A stretch of DNA of 64,000 nt from an uncultured bacterium (GTDB lineage Bacteria; B130-G9). A program made the translations under genes and the position numbers. Numbering within the stretch: position 1 is the first letter of the stretch; each line of letters starts with the position of its first letter. Where the stretch lies: assembly GCA_965372715.1 (NCBI GenBank), contig CBDVDH010000003.1:34495-98494 (forward strand), given 5' to 3'. Below are positions 17,060 to 27,803 of the stretch, piece by piece. A model generated the notes under the pieces. That model did not search any database and was not told the DNA's origin. It saw only the letters and a list, made by a program, of their open reading frames with translations.

Positions 17060-18235
17060 TCAAATCAGGTCTTCCCGCCGGAGCTCCCTCAGCATTGCGT
17101 CGAGCTTGTCGCCGAGGCGCTCGAGGCAATAGTCCTTCAGGATCGTTTTCCTGGCCTTTCTGCCCATGCTCTCACAGAGTGACCTGTCGCTCGCCAGCCG
17201 GAGCATCTTGTCGGCAAACTCACGTTCGGAGCCTGCCAGGAAGCCGTTGACGCCGTCGTTCACGAGATACGTCACGTCGCCGATCGGCGTCGCCACGGTC
17301 GCCAATTCCATCGCCATGTATTCAAATTGCTTGGTCGGGCTCTTGCTCTTTAGCCACTGAACGTTCATGTCGTCGCCCTCAAGCGGAAGGAGGCCCACGT
17401 GCGCGCAGGCCAGGAAATCGGGCACCTTGTCCGGATGGATGAACTCGCGGAACTCAATCGGTAGATGCCGGTATGTCGTTGAGAGCAGCCCTTGAACGGC
17501 TTTGCTGAGGGTGCCCCACGCCAGAAGTCGGAGCACCACATCGCGATTAGCCTCAAAGACCTTCGAGAAGCAGTTCAGGAGGAAAACCACATTGCCGAGC
17601 ATGATGCCGCCCCAGACGTTGCCGCCCCAGACGAAGACCGTCTTTTGCATCTCGGACCGTGCCTGCCGCTGAGTCCGGCTAAGCGAGAAGCGCTCCGCAT
17701 CGGCGCCGGTCGGGATGTAATATACACGCGGGTGCCTCAACTTCAGCAGCGACTCAAGCTCTTTGCTTGCCGCAACACAAGCCACAGACTCGCTCACGAG
17801 CTTCCAGGTGATCACAACTTCATCCCTGCTGCCAAAGATCAGGCCATTTAGCAATTCGTGATTCAAAAATGGCGACCTGTCGAGGTCCCAGTCGTCGTAG
17901 TCGAGGATCATCTTCGCGCCCCGGCGCTTGTGCAGAAGATGAGCCGCCAGTGCGTGCCAGTGGGCCTTTTGGAGGTATATGACCTCACCGTCTCGGTCCT
18001 TGTGGTCTTTGTATGCGGAACGAGTGATCAGCAGCTTGTGGCGATCGCCGAGATGCAGCATCTGTTCGTGGCCGAACTGCTGGCCGTATTTGTCCCTGTA
18101 GAGGACGTAGTCGCACGTGTAGCCGCGTTTTTTGAGCTGGTCTGCGAAGTTGACGCAGCGGATTCTTGTGGACGGCCTGTCATAACCCATGAGTCCCCAA
18201 AACAGGAGGCTGGGTCTGTCTTGCTTCTTTTTCAT
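17060..18235 (-). CDS. Glycosyltransferase family 1 (GT4-type, GT-B fold)
   Basis: The C-terminal half carries the GT1 motif region (VFVWGGN...E..G.LPLEGDDMN..W.KSKSP.KQFEYMAMELATVATPIGDVTYLVNDGVNGFLAG), i.e. the EX7E-like nucleotide-sugar binding region. Confidence 0.7.
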   Translation of the reverse strand: MKKKQDRPSLLFWGLMGYDRPSTRIRCVNFADQLKKRGYTCDYVLYRDKYGQQFGHEQMLHLGDRHKLLITRSAYKDHKDRDGEVIYLQKAHWHALAAHLLHKRRGAKMILDYDDWDLDRSPFLNHELLNGLIFGSRDEVVITWKLVSESVACVAASKELESLLKLRHPRVYYIPTGADAERFSLSRTQRQARSEMQKTVFVWGGNVWGGIMLGNVVFLLNCFSKVFEANRDVVLRLLAWGTLSKAVQGLLSTTYRHLPIEFREFIHPDKVPDFLACAHVGLLPLEGDDMNVQWLKSKSPTKQFEYMAMELATVATPIGDVTYLVNDGVNGFLAGSEREFADKMLRLASDRSLCESMGRKARKTILKDYCLERLGDKLDAMLRELRREDLI

Positions 18236-19041
18236 TTGTCCTTTGCCTTGGATTTCTTCGCGGGAAACTCGGCGGCTGAGATCATCCGGTTGCCCGCGAT
18301 TCTAAGTTCGGTTATGCGCACATCGATGTTTTTTGGGTTCCATCCTTCAGGTGTTTCAGAGAATCTCGTCATATTCGTCATATACTGGACTTTCTTACCT
18401 GCCCTCAGCGGAGCGTTCTTGGATACGGGATTGAGTTCCTCCTTTAGGATTATTGCGCCGTCCTCAGATATAAGGGCGGCCGAGAGCGTCAAGGCGCCAA
18501 CGTCCTTCGGCCCTAAGTTCCTTATGTCGCACTCCAGCCGGATCGAGCGGCCATAGAGCCTGTCCTCGTAGTATTCAGCCTTGACGCCCGAGAGACTAAT
18601 GAAGTTAAGGTACTCAAAGTTCTGCCGTCTCTGGTCCTCGAGCTCCTCGGTCGATATCGATTGAGAGCTGCTCACGAATCCCGGCAACAGTGAACCGTTG
18701 TCCTCTTGTGTGGCGAAGAAAGTGAATGAAAAGAAGCCGGTTAGCGTCATCGCCGTCCACAGCAGGAGCCCGACCTTCCTTGTTCCAAGCATTCTTACCG
18801 CCGCCACATATACAAGCACGAGAACGCCAGCCGCAATCGCCGATGGTGGTTCAAGGCCGGTTCTCAGGCCGATAAGGTAAGAATAAACCCGCCATGCAAT
18901 CAGTGCCACGGCGTTCGCGATAAGCGCGAGTTCCATCAAAGAGACGAGTTTTCTTGCCCTGAACGCTAGGCAGAGCGCTTGCAGTAGGAGTAGGGCGGCC
19001 ATCGAGAGCAGCAAGGCCATACTCGTCCACGTCGAGATCAT
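18232..19041 (-). CDS. Membrane protein of unknown function (4 N-terminal TM helices + extracytoplasmic domain)
   Basis: The start overlaps the GT1 stop (operon). Hydrophobic N-terminus followed by a ~150-aa soluble domain. No recognisable motif. Confidence 0.45.
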   Translation of the reverse strand: MISTWTSMALLLSMAALLLLQALCLAFRARKLVSLMELALIANAVALIAWRVYSYLIGLRTGLEPPSAIAAGVLVLVYVAAVRMLGTRKVGLLLWTAMTLTGFFSFTFFATQEDNGSLLPGFVSSSQSISTEELEDQRRQNFEYLNFISLSGVKAEYYEDRLYGRSIRLECDIRNLGPKDVGALTLSAALISEDGAIILKEELNPVSKNAPLRAGKKVQYMTNMTRFSETPEGWNPKNIDVRITELRIAGNRMISAAEFPAKKSKAKDK

Positions 19042-19370
19042 TGTCTGAGGGCCACCTTAATGAGCATCGCACCCGCTCCTATACTGCTTCTCACGCTCAA
19101 TACCGCAAATCCGCATCCCGTTGGTCGGCATCACCTGTGATTTGACAATAAAGGGGATTATGGCTACTTTCAAGTTAGATGGCAAATGATGACAACGTTG
19201 AGCATTCGAGATGCCTTCGCCCTAAACTTGCCTGAAGTGGGTGTTCTCTGCGGGCAGCCGGGTTCCTGCCGCGAGGCGTCCCGTTTCGATTGCTACGGGC
19301 CGATAGGCGGAGAGGCAGCTCAGAAGAAAGCGGATATCGCTTGATTGACGTAGAGAGGTTATGAACTGAG

Positions 19371-20570
19371 ATGAAAGCACTCATTCTTGCTGCGGGGAAA
19401 GGAGCGAATCTCTCGCCTCTTTCAGACACCAGACCCAAACCCATGATCATACTCTCCGGCCAGCCACTTCTCGAGCATTCGCTGGGGATGCTCAGGGAGA
19501 CAGGGATAACCGACGTGGTGATTGTCATCGGCCATCATTCGGAGCAGATCCGAGACCATTTCGGCCGGGGCGCTTCCTGGGGCATGAACATAGAATACGT
19601 TCAGCAAAGCGAACAGGATAGCATCGGCGACGCGCTCCTCTTGGCCCGGGATAGGTTCAAGGGACTTGACTACTTCATCCTATCTTACGGTGATACTGTT
19701 TTCTCCGAGAACATCTTCTCGAACTGCCTCGCGTCATTCAGTGAGTTCAAGAAATCGACGGCCGTGGTCGCACTCGCGCCACACACTGAGTTTTACGGCA
19801 ACGTCTATCTGGACGATACGTCGAGAATATCCAGGGTCGTCGAGAAGCCGAAGGGCCACGCAATGGGCAACTACGTGCTGGCTGGCACGTTCGTGCTGGC
19901 CTCGGAGTTCTTTGACCTGGTTGAGAAGAACGAGGCTAACGTCGCAGCGGCCTTCAACGTTCTGAGCAGCGATTATGGCTTTTATGCGACTATCTGGGAG
20001 GAAGATTGGACGGACGTGAACCTTCCCTGGGACGTGCTGCAAGCCAACCGCATCCTGATGAACGGCTGGGAGAACGCTACGATATCTCAGCTTGCCACGG
20101 TCGCGTCCAACGTCGCTTTCACGGGTCCCGTGTTTATAGACGATTACGCTAAGATAAGTGACGGAGTGGTTCTTCGAGGTCCCTGCTATATCGGCAAACA
20201 CTGCTATATCGGCAACAACTGCCTGATACGGGAGTTCACGTCGCTCGGCGACCACACCACCGTAGGTTATGGCGTTGAGCTCAAGAACTGCGTGTTCTTC
20301 GGCAGAACCAGGGTTGGACGTCTGTCTTTCATCGGCGACAGCGTAATAGGTCAGGACGCGATCATCGGCTCCGGGACCATGACTGTCAACGAGAGTCTTG
20401 AGGACAAGACCATTGAAGTGAAGATCGGCGATCGGATGGTTAATACGGGTCTTATGAAGGTTGGCGCCTTCGTTGGCGATAACGCCGTGATAGGCGCGAG
20501 CAACACGCTCCTGCCGGGGACGCTGGTGCCCCCCGGTTCCAGATTACCTCACCGTGGGACGATAGCGTGA
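19371..20570 (+). CDS. Sugar-1-phosphate nucleotidyltransferase with C-terminal left-handed beta-helix (GlmU-like / archaeal-type bifunctional NTP-transferase)
   Basis: N-terminal NTP_transferase motif (MKALILAAGKGANLSPLSDTRPKPMI). C-terminal hexapeptide repeats (IGDNAVIGASNTLLPGTLV etc.). It lies directly upstream of glmS. Confidence 0.7.
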   Translation: MKALILAAGKGANLSPLSDTRPKPMIILSGQPLLEHSLGMLRETGITDVVIVIGHHSEQIRDHFGRGASWGMNIEYVQQSEQDSIGDALLLARDRFKGLDYFILSYGDTVFSENIFSNCLASFSEFKKSTAVVALAPHTEFYGNVYLDDTSRISRVVEKPKGHAMGNYVLAGTFVLASEFFDLVEKNEANVAAAFNVLSSDYGFYATIWEEDWTDVNLPWDVLQANRILMNGWENATISQLATVASNVAFTGPVFIDDYAKISDGVVLRGPCYIGKHCYIGNNCLIREFTSLGDHTTVGYGVELKNCVFFGRTRVGRLSFIGDSVIGQDAIIGSGTMTVNESLEDKTIEVKIGDRMVNTGLMKVGAFVGDNAVIGASNTLLPGTLVPPGSRLPHRGTIA

Positions 20571-20603
20571 TTTGTCAAAGAAGGGCCCTTCAGGATTAGA
20601 TCA

Positions 20604-22415
20604 GTGTGTGGAATAAGCGGAATAGTCGGTAGCTCGGACGTCACGAAGCGATTGTACAACTGCATGTTGAACCTCGAGTATCGAGGCTACGACAGCTGCG
20701 GCATGGCTGTTCTTTCGAATGGGCAGATCGACGTAAGAAAGAATACCGGCAGAGTTGCCGAGGTCTTTGAGAAGGAAAGGTTCTCCGAGCTCCGGGGCAA
20801 TCTGGGGATAGCCCATTCCCGGTGGGCCACTCACGGCCACCCGAGCAAGCTCAACTCGCATCCTCATACAAGTCCCAATGGAAGAATAGCGCTCGTTCAC
20901 AACGGGATCATCGGGAATTACGTATCATTGAGAGAGGAGCTCATAACGAAGGGGCACGTGTTCAAGTCCGAGACCGATACTGAGGTAATACCTCACCTGC
21001 TGGAGTTCTACTACGCGGAATATGGCGATTTCGAGCGTGCGGTGAGGGCCACAGTGGAGCGCCTCGAGGGGACTTATGCGTTCGCGGCAATCGAGGCGGG
21101 CCACCCGGACCAGCTGTTCTGCGCCAGAAACAAGAGCCCCTTGATTATTGGCGCCGGCAAGAACGCCAATTACGTTGCATCTGACATTGTGGCTTTCATT
21201 GAATACACCAAGAACGTTGTCTATCTGAACGACAACGAGTATGCGATCGTGTCAAAGGACAGCTTCAAGGTAAAAAACGCGTCAACCGGTGAGCCTCAGC
21301 CCAAGGAGATAGATACGGTCACATGGGACGCGGAGCAGGCCAAAAAAGGCGGGTATCCGCACTTTTTGCTCAAGGAGATCTACGAGCAGCCCATCGCCTT
21401 GCGACATGCGCTCGAGCTAGATGACGAGAAGATCGCGGCCCTGGCGGAAATGATAGACAATGCGGACCGGACGTATCTCATCGGCTGCGGCACGACCTTC
21501 TACGCCGCGCTGCTTGCGCAGTATTACTTCAAGGAGTTCGCGGGCGAGTATGCCCCGGCAGTGAATTCCGACGAGTTCCGCAACCTCTGCGGTGTTGATG
21601 AACGCACACTTGTCCTTGCCATCTCTCAATCGGGTGAGACGTTCGACACGCTCGAGGCGCTGAGATACGCCAAGGCGAGCGGGGCCAAGACGGCGGCTAT
21701 CGTCAATGCTCTTGGTTCTAGCATGACCAGAGAGGTGGATTTCGTGATCATGCAGGGCGCAGGGCCTGAAAAAAGCGTTCTATCCACGAAGGCCATGACC
21801 TCGCAGATCGTTATTCTTACGAGGACCGCGCTTTGGCTTGCCGAGACGCGCAAGTCGCTTCCCCCAAGCGAGCTTGAGGGAATTAAGACCGGCATGGGCG
21901 AGCTGCCTAGCGTCGTGCGCAGCATTTTGGATGAAAAGCCCGGCTTCGTTAGACGTATCGCCAACCGCGTAGGGACGTTCAAGAAGTGGCTTTATATAGG
22001 CCGGAGCTATCACCTCCCGGCCGCGCTTGAGGCGGCATTGAAGCTCAAGGAGGTAACGTATATCCCGGCGGAGGGCATGGCTGGAGGCTTCATGAAGCAC
22101 GGGCCTATCTCGCTCGTTGACGAAGATATGGTCGTTGTTGTCTTGATGCCGACCCCGGACAATGAGGCGCTATACAGGTCCACGTTGAACAGCGTGTCCG
22201 AGATGAAGTCGAGGGGCGGCAGAATGATTGGTTTCCATTTCGACCAGTGGGAGAGCGTGTTCGACGAGCAAATAGTCCTGCCAAAGGTCCATAAGGCCCT
22301 GGCGCCGATACCTCAGCTGGTGGTGGGCCAGCTGCTCGCCTATTTCATAGCAGTCTTGCTTAAGCGGGACCCTGACAACCCGCGTGGGCTGGCCAAGTCG
22401 GTAACAGTCGAGTAA
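20604..22415 (+). CDS. glmS: Glutamine--fructose-6-phosphate aminotransferase (isomerising)
   Basis: GTG start. The N-terminal nucleophile Cys follows Met (MCGISGIVG), the Ntn glutaminase signature. Two SIS domains. C-terminal ...AKSVTVE is typical of GlmS. Confidence 0.95.
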   Translation: MCGISGIVGSSDVTKRLYNCMLNLEYRGYDSCGMAVLSNGQIDVRKNTGRVAEVFEKERFSELRGNLGIAHSRWATHGHPSKLNSHPHTSPNGRIALVHNGIIGNYVSLREELITKGHVFKSETDTEVIPHLLEFYYAEYGDFERAVRATVERLEGTYAFAAIEAGHPDQLFCARNKSPLIIGAGKNANYVASDIVAFIEYTKNVVYLNDNEYAIVSKDSFKVKNASTGEPQPKEIDTVTWDAEQAKKGGYPHFLLKEIYEQPIALRHALELDDEKIAALAEMIDNADRTYLIGCGTTFYAALLAQYYFKEFAGEYAPAVNSDEFRNLCGVDERTLVLAISQSGETFDTLEALRYAKASGAKTAAIVNALGSSMTREVDFVIMQGAGPEKSVLSTKAMTSQIVILTRTALWLAETRKSLPPSELEGIKTGMGELPSVVRSILDEKPGFVRRIANRVGTFKKWLYIGRSYHLPAALEAALKLKEVTYIPAEGMAGGFMKHGPISLVDEDMVVVVLMPTPDNEALYRSTLNSVSEMKSRGGRMIGFHFDQWESVFDEQIVLPKVHKALAPIPQLVVGQLLAYFIAVLLKRDPDNPRGLAKSVTVE

Positions 22416-22430
22416 GGAGAAGCAGTAAAA

Positions 22431-23372
22431 ATGAGAGCTGTCGTAACGGGTGTCGCAGGCTTTATCGGCTCGCATTTGGCCGAGCGCCTCATCAACGACG
22501 GGCACGATGTGGTTGGGGTAGACTCATTCACGCCCTACTACTCAGCCAGTATAAAGGAGAGCAATCTAGCAATCCTGAACGCTAGCTCACGGTTCAGGCT
22601 CATAAAGAGCGATCTGTTGGCCATCGACCTCGACACGCTGCTCTCGGACGTTGACCTCGTATTTCACCTGGCGGCCCAAGCGGGCGTCAGAGCCAGCTGG
22701 GGCCACCATTTCAAGGACTATACGAGGTTCAACGTCGAGGCCACACAAGAGCTGCTGGAAGCCGCAAAGGACAAGGGTCTGAGCAGATTCGTTTGCGCCT
22801 CGTCCTCGTCCGTGTATGGCGAGGTCGAGCAGCTCCCCGTCACAGAGGAACACCCGCTCAAGCCGATCTCGCCGTATGGGGTAACCAAGCTCGCGGCCGA
22901 GCACCTCTGCGGCATATACGCCAAAAACTTCGGCGTTCCGGTCGTCAGCCTGCGCTTCTTCACCGTCTATGGGCCGCGCCAGAGGCCTGATATGGCCATT
23001 CACAAGTTCATTGCGGCGGCGCTCAAGGGCCAGCCGGTTGAAGTATTCGGCGACGGCTCGCAGACCAGGGACTTCACGTTCGTGCTCGACGTTGTTGAGG
23101 CGTGTATGCTCGCCGCGACCGGTGACGCCAAGATGATTCCCTATAACATCGGCGGCGGCTCCCGGATAACCGTGAACGACCTGGTTCATCTTCTCGAAAA
23201 GATCCTGGACACATCAATCGAGGTAACGAACGTCGGCAAGCAGCGAGGCGACGTCATGCACACCCACTCCGATTGCAGCATGGCGAAGTCAGACTTCGGC
23301 TACTCGCCGAAACACACGCTCGAGGAAGGGCTCTTCGAGGAGGCCGCCTGGTTCCGCAAGGAGTTCCCCTGA
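22431..23372 (+). CDS. NAD-dependent epimerase/dehydratase (extended SDR; UDP-sugar 4-epimerase / UDP-glucuronate decarboxylase-like)
   Basis: GxxGxxG (VTGVAGFIGSHL). The catalytic S...YxxxK (SSSSVYG...YGVTKLAAE) is typical of the GalE/UXS family. Confidence 0.85.
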   Translation: MRAVVTGVAGFIGSHLAERLINDGHDVVGVDSFTPYYSASIKESNLAILNASSRFRLIKSDLLAIDLDTLLSDVDLVFHLAAQAGVRASWGHHFKDYTRFNVEATQELLEAAKDKGLSRFVCASSSSVYGEVEQLPVTEEHPLKPISPYGVTKLAAEHLCGIYAKNFGVPVVSLRFFTVYGPRQRPDMAIHKFIAAALKGQPVEVFGDGSQTRDFTFVLDVVEACMLAATGDAKMIPYNIGGGSRITVNDLVHLLEKILDTSIEVTNVGKQRGDVMHTHSDCSMAKSDFGYSPKHTLEEGLFEEAAWFRKEFP

Positions 23373-23490
23373 CCGAGAGCCTCGGCTCCCGGCGAAGATA
23401 CCCGGCTGGGCCTGCGCTTCACCGCGACCGGCGAGTTCGACATCGTGGCCGATTGATCGGAGGAATGCACACCACAGAGACACAGACGTA

Positions 23491-23573
23491 ATGTAGGGGC
23501 AGGCCCCCGCGCCTGCCCCTACGGCATGCGACCAAACGTGTATCAAGGGCGCAGCAAGCGGCGCCCCTACGGA
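23491..23573. repeat. GTAGGGGC...GCCCCTAC hairpin repeats (family A), two units
   Basis: Perfect palindrome GTAGGGGCAGGCCCCCGCGCCTGCCCCTAC (23493-23522). Then AAGGGCGCAGCAAGCGGCGCCCCTAC (23546-23571), which resembles the AAGGGCGGGGCAAGCACCGCCCCTACA units at 48560 and 48887. Confidence 0.6.
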
Positions 23574-23733
23574 TGACGATGGGCAGAGGCCTCGGTGTGA
23601 AGTATCGCCTTCTACGGGCTTGAATAACCGCGACCAGTGCGGCAGCCTTTCTGAGAAGTGGGCACGAGGTTGCGCCCGGGGGCGACTAATTCGGCAGCTG
23701 TCCTGTCTGTCTTTTGTTGAGACGTTGCTTTGA

Positions 23734-26178
23734 GTGGAGTGGGCTGATATGAGGAACCAGAAATTCACAGATAAGGCGCAGGAGGCCATCGCGCTTGCGC
23801 AGCGGACGATGGGGCAGCTGTCCCAGTCGCAGCTGGACACGGACCATCTCCTGTTTGGGCTCTTCTTTGTGGAGGACTCCATCGTCGCCCAAATAACAAG
23901 CGAGGCTGGCCTCGACCCTGATAGGTGCAAGGAGCAGGTTCGTGATGCGGTCTTTCGCGGTCAAGTGCCGTCCACGGTTGCCGAGTCGGCGGGCGGTCAG
24001 ATCTTCATGACGCCGGATTTCGATCAGGCCTTGAAGGCTGCGGAGCGTGAGGCGCAGAGATTCAATGACGAGTTCATAAGCTGTGAGCACCTTCTTATAG
24101 GCATTCTGTCCGTCGAGAACAGCCGGGGCGCGGCCATCGCGAGAGAGCTTGGCCTCAGCAAGGAGGAGATATACGTCGCGCTTCAGAAGGTTCGGGGCGC
24201 TGGACGGGTCACGGACGAGAGGCCCGAAGAGAAATATCGCTCGCTCAAGCGCTTTGGGAGCGATCTTACCGAGCTCGCGCGGGCGGGGAAGCTCTCGCCG
24301 GTGATCGGACGTGAGTCCGAGATAAGGCGCGTAATCCAAATACTGTCGCGCAAGACCAAGAACAATCCTGTGCTGATCGGCGACCCGGGCGTCGGCAAGA
24401 CCGCGATAGCAGAGGGCCTCGCCCAAAAGATCGTGAAAAGCGAGATACCAGAGACACTTCTGAATAAGAAACTGATCGCCCTCGACCTGGGCCAGCTCGT
24501 CGCTGGCGCCAAATACCGCGGCGAGTTTGAGGACAGACTCAAGGCCGTTCTGAAGGAGGTGCAAGAGGCTCGGGGAGAGATAATCCTGTTCATCGACGAG
24601 CTCCACGCCGTCGTCGGCGCCGGCGCCGCAGAGGGCGGAATGGACGCCTCGAATCTCCTAAAGCCGTCTCTCGCCCGGGGCGACTTGCAGTGCATAGGCG
24701 CCACGACGATCGACGAATATCGAAAACGCATCGAGAAGGACCCCGGGCTCGAGAGACGCTTCGCCCCGATTCTGGTCGAAGAACCCACTATCGAGGCCAC
24801 AATTGACATCATCGAAGGCTTGAAACCGTCCTACGAAAAGCATCATAGCGTGAGGATAACGGACAAGGCGATTCAGGCCGCTGCGACGCTCTCCGCAAGA
24901 TATATAACGGATCGCTTTCTGCCCGACAAGGCCATCGACTTGATAGATGAGGCGGCATCGAAAGTCCACATCGACGCGATATACGTGCCGCCCCACATAC
25001 AAAGGATGGAAGGCAAGCTGAGAGAGCTTGAGGACCAGGAAAAAGAGGCCGCGCTGAACCAGAAATACGAGCTTGCGGCCACGCTGAAGCAGAAGCGGCT
25101 CCAGCTTCAGGATGAGCTGGAACAGGTAAAGGCCGAAGACGAGAAGAAGGCAGGGAGCAAGGAGCTCGTGGTCGGCGCCGAACAAGTCGCACAGATAGTC
25201 TCGTCGTGGACTGGTATCCCGGCGAGCAACCTCCTGAAGGATGAGGCGGAGCGCCTCGAGAGGATGGAGGACCTGCTCCACGGGAGACTTGTGAACCAAG
25301 ACGACGCTGTTCGGCATGTCTCCGAGGCGATAAGGCGCAGCCGTGCGGGTCTTTCGGACCCCAAGCGCCCCATCGGTTCGTTCATATTCCTGGGCCCCAC
25401 TGGCGTCGGCAAGACCGAGCTCGCCAAGGCGCTTGCGGAGCTCTTATTCAACGACGAAGAGAAGCTCGTGAGGGTCGATATGTCGGAGTTTATGGAGCGA
25501 TTTGACGTTTCCAAGCTCATCGGCGCCCCGCCGGGATACGTTGGCTACGACGAGGGCGGCCGATTGACCGAGGCGGTTCGTCGCAAGCCGTATTCCATCG
25601 TGCTGCTGGACGAGATCGAAAAAGCACATCCTGAGGTTCAGAACGTCCTTCTACAGGTGCTCGACGACGGGCGCCTCACCGACGGCAAGGGGCGCGTCGT
25701 CAATTTCAAGAACGCCGTCATCATCATGACATCCAATATCGGCAGCGAGCTGCTGCACAACCTGCCGGAGCAGACCGGCGACGAGCGCTCCCGAGGTGAG
25801 TATGAGGCGGTCAGGAAAGACGTGCTGGCGAGGCTTAGGCAATCGTTCCGCCCTGAGTTCTTAAACCGGGTCGATGAGATAGTCTTCTTTACACCGCTCG
25901 GCAGGGACGAGGTCAGGCAGATCGTTGACCTCTTGCTGAAGGGACTTGAGCCCCGCCTCCTGGAAAACGAACTCAGCCTGGAAGTTGACAACGCTGTAAA
26001 GGACATGCTCGCCGAACGAGGCTTCGACCCCCAATACGGCGCACGTTCCCTCAAGCGCACCATGCAGCGCCTCATCGAGAATCCATTGGCGTCCAGGCTC
26101 ATCCGCGGCGACTTCGTGGGGAAATCGAAGGTATGCGTGACGCTGAAGGAGGGCGTTGTGGGGTTTGAGGGGGAGTAG
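23734..26178 (+). CDS. clpC: AAA+ chaperone ATPase of the ClpC/ClpB (Hsp100) family
   Basis: Clp_N repeats. Two AAA+ modules ([15 protein letters not shown]; [19 protein letters not shown]). The short UVR-like middle coiled coil is more ClpC-like than ClpB. Probable start MRNQKF at 23749. It terminates with TAG 26176-26178. Confidence 0.85.
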   Translation: MEWADMRNQKFTDKAQEAIALAQRTMGQLSQSQLDTDHLLFGLFFVEDSIVAQITSEAGLDPDRCKEQVRDAVFRGQVPSTVAESAGGQIFMTPDFDQALKAAEREAQRFNDEFISCEHLLIGILSVENSRGAAIARELGLSKEEIYVALQKVRGAGRVTDERPEEKYRSLKRFGSDLTELARAGKLSPVIGRESEIRRVIQILSRKTKNNPVLIGDPGVGKTAIAEGLAQKIVKSEIPETLLNKKLIALDLGQLVAGAKYRGEFEDRLKAVLKEVQEARGEIILFIDELHAVVGAGAAEGGMDASNLLKPSLARGDLQCIGATTIDEYRKRIEKDPGLERRFAPILVEEPTIEATIDIIEGLKPSYEKHHSVRITDKAIQAAATLSARYITDRFLPDKAIDLIDEAASKVHIDAIYVPPHIQRMEGKLRELEDQEKEAALNQKYELAATLKQKRLQLQDELEQVKAEDEKKAGSKELVVGAEQVAQIVSSWTGIPASNLLKDEAERLERMEDLLHGRLVNQDDAVRHVSEAIRRSRAGLSDPKRPIGSFIFLGPTGVGKTELAKALAELLFNDEEKLVRVDMSEFMERFDVSKLIGAPPGYVGYDEGGRLTEAVRRKPYSIVLLDEIEKAHPEVQNVLLQVLDDGRLTDGKGRVVNFKNAVIIMTSNIGSELLHNLPEQTGDERSRGEYEAVRKDVLARLRQSFRPEFLNRVDEIVFFTPLGRDEVRQIVDLLLKGLEPRLLENELSLEVDNAVKDMLAERGFDPQYGARSLKRTMQRLIENPLASRLIRGDFVGKSKVCVTLKEGVVGFEGE

Positions 26179-26370
26179 GGAGAGAACCGGTAGGGCCTTT
26201 CGATTAGGTCGGACCCTCCTGGATATTGAGCCCCGAGCGTTCCCAATTCTTGTTCTGAATTGTGCGCGACATGATTCTGCTATTGAGAATCCGAACTCAA
26301 TTGGGTACAACCATGCGGTAGAGGTTTATTCTCGAGCATTAGCTTAGGACGCGAAGTCAGGGAGCCAGAA

Positions 26371-26670
26371 TTGTCCAAGGATCATAAGCATGGTTCTGTT
26401 GCTTTGCAGCGCAAGCATAGACTGCCGCCCGTTTCGGAAGACGAGAGCATCAAAGCTTATAAAAGGGAGCTACCTCGGTTGCTCCTGGAGCACGAATCCG
26501 AGTTCGTTGCGTTTGCTGAAGGCGAATTGATCGGCACACATGCCGATCGTGACGAGCTCCGGAAGCTTGCCCACGATTTACATCCCGGTGAGTCTATACT
26601 AGTGACGAGAATTCAAAGGACGCCGCGGCGCCGCAGACTCTTGTCTCCCAAGGGAAGATTCAGCGGATAG
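26371..26670 (+). CDS. Small hypothetical protein (99 aa), 5' partner of the aspartyl protease ORF
   Basis: No recognisable motif. The ORF ends 10 nt before the next ORF. It is paired in one transcription unit. Confidence 0.4.
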   Translation: MSKDHKHGSVALQRKHRLPPVSEDESIKAYKRELPRLLLEHESEFVAFAEGELIGTHADRDELRKLAHDLHPGESILVTRIQRTPRRRRLLSPKGRFSG

Positions 26671-26679
26671 AGGCTAACG

Positions 26680-27057
26680 ATGCGTGCCCATTACCATCAG
26701 AATCTGGATCCGCCTGCGCCTGTCGTTGAAGTTTCCTTCGAGAATCCACTCACAAGAGAGGTCTCTTCGGTATATTGTCTTCTGGATACGGGAGCGTATG
26801 CCTGTCATCTGCCAGGTTCGGTCATCAATTCCATTGGCCAAACTGATTACGAGCCTTGCGAAATCGAGGTTGTTGGCGGTGGCATAATCGGCACACGCTC
26901 CCACTTCCTAAGCGTGACGTTCTGTGGAAAAGATATGGGAGAACTTGAGGTTGTTGAGCTGCCCGAAGGAGATGACCAACCTCTTCTCGGTCGAGACGTG
27001 CTCAACCAGTTCGTCGTAACACTGAACGGCCCGGAACTCACCTGCGAGATCACGTGA
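26680..27057 (+). CDS. Retropepsin-like (clan AA) aspartyl protease domain protein
   Basis: Catalytic D-T-G inside a hydrophobic context (VYCLLDTGAYACHLP) plus a downstream GRDVLNQF motif. The ~125-aa size fits single-domain retropepsin-like proteases that dimerise. Confidence 0.55.
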   Translation: MRAHYHQNLDPPAPVVEVSFENPLTREVSSVYCLLDTGAYACHLPGSVINSIGQTDYEPCEIEVVGGGIIGTRSHFLSVTFCGKDMGELEVVELPEGDDQPLLGRDVLNQFVVTLNGPELTCEIT

Positions 27058-27102
27058 GAGTCGACTAGGCGCGGACTGCGCTCTAATCGCCGCGCGAGGG
27101 CA

Positions 27103-27792
27103 TCAATGCTCACCCTCGGCGCTCGACTCAGCGGCGATCTTTGCCTTATGGCGAATGATGTCTCCCTCAACAAGATAGATGACATCCTCGGCGACGTTCG
27201 TGGCCAGGTCAGCGATCCTTTCCAGCTGACTTGACACGGACACGAAGTGCATCAGTCTGGCGATCTTGTGCGAGTCCTTCTTCATTTCTACTATGGCCGC
27301 CGCATAGTTCTTGCGATTCATGTCGTCTATCACGTCGTCCTCCGCGATGACAAGGCGGGCAAGGGCCTCATCTTGATGGACGAGCGCATCCAGACTCCTC
27401 TTGACCATCGATTGCACGGAACGTTTCATATCGGCAAGATTGAACGGAGGCGCGATCTTGGCCTTTGTCGTCAGGTATAGCGCCCTTTCGGATATATTGA
27501 CGGCCAAATCGCCCATTCTCTCGAGGTCGTTGTTGATCTTCATCGCCGAGGCGATGAGCCGTAGGTCTTGGGCGACGGGCTGGTGTAGCGACAGAATCTT
27601 CAGGCACTCCTCCTCAAGCAGGACCTCCATCTCGTCTATGGACGCATCCCCCTCAATCACCTTTTGAGCAGAATCCGCGTCTCTTTCGTCGATGGCGACA
27701 ACAGCGAATCTGATGGCCTGCTCCACGAGCGCTCCGACCTCTAGGATTTTGCATTTCAGCCGCTCGATCTCTCGTTGAAGCCTAAGTGTCAT
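27103..27792 (-). CDS. phoU: Phosphate signalling complex protein PhoU
   Basis: Two PhoU repeats with the conserved E..D...N.D.ER.GD motifs (NNDLERMGDLAVNI ; SSQLERIADLATNV). Confidence 0.85.
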   Translation of the reverse strand: MTLRLQREIERLKCKILEVGALVEQAIRFAVVAIDERDADSAQKVIEGDASIDEMEVLLEEECLKILSLHQPVAQDLRLIASAMKINNDLERMGDLAVNISERALYLTTKAKIAPPFNLADMKRSVQSMVKRSLDALVHQDEALARLVIAEDDVIDDMNRKNYAAAIVEMKKDSHKIARLMHFVSVSSQLERIADLATNVAEDVIYLVEGDIIRHKAKIAAESSAEGEH

Positions 27793-27803
27793 ATTGCGCC
27801 TCC

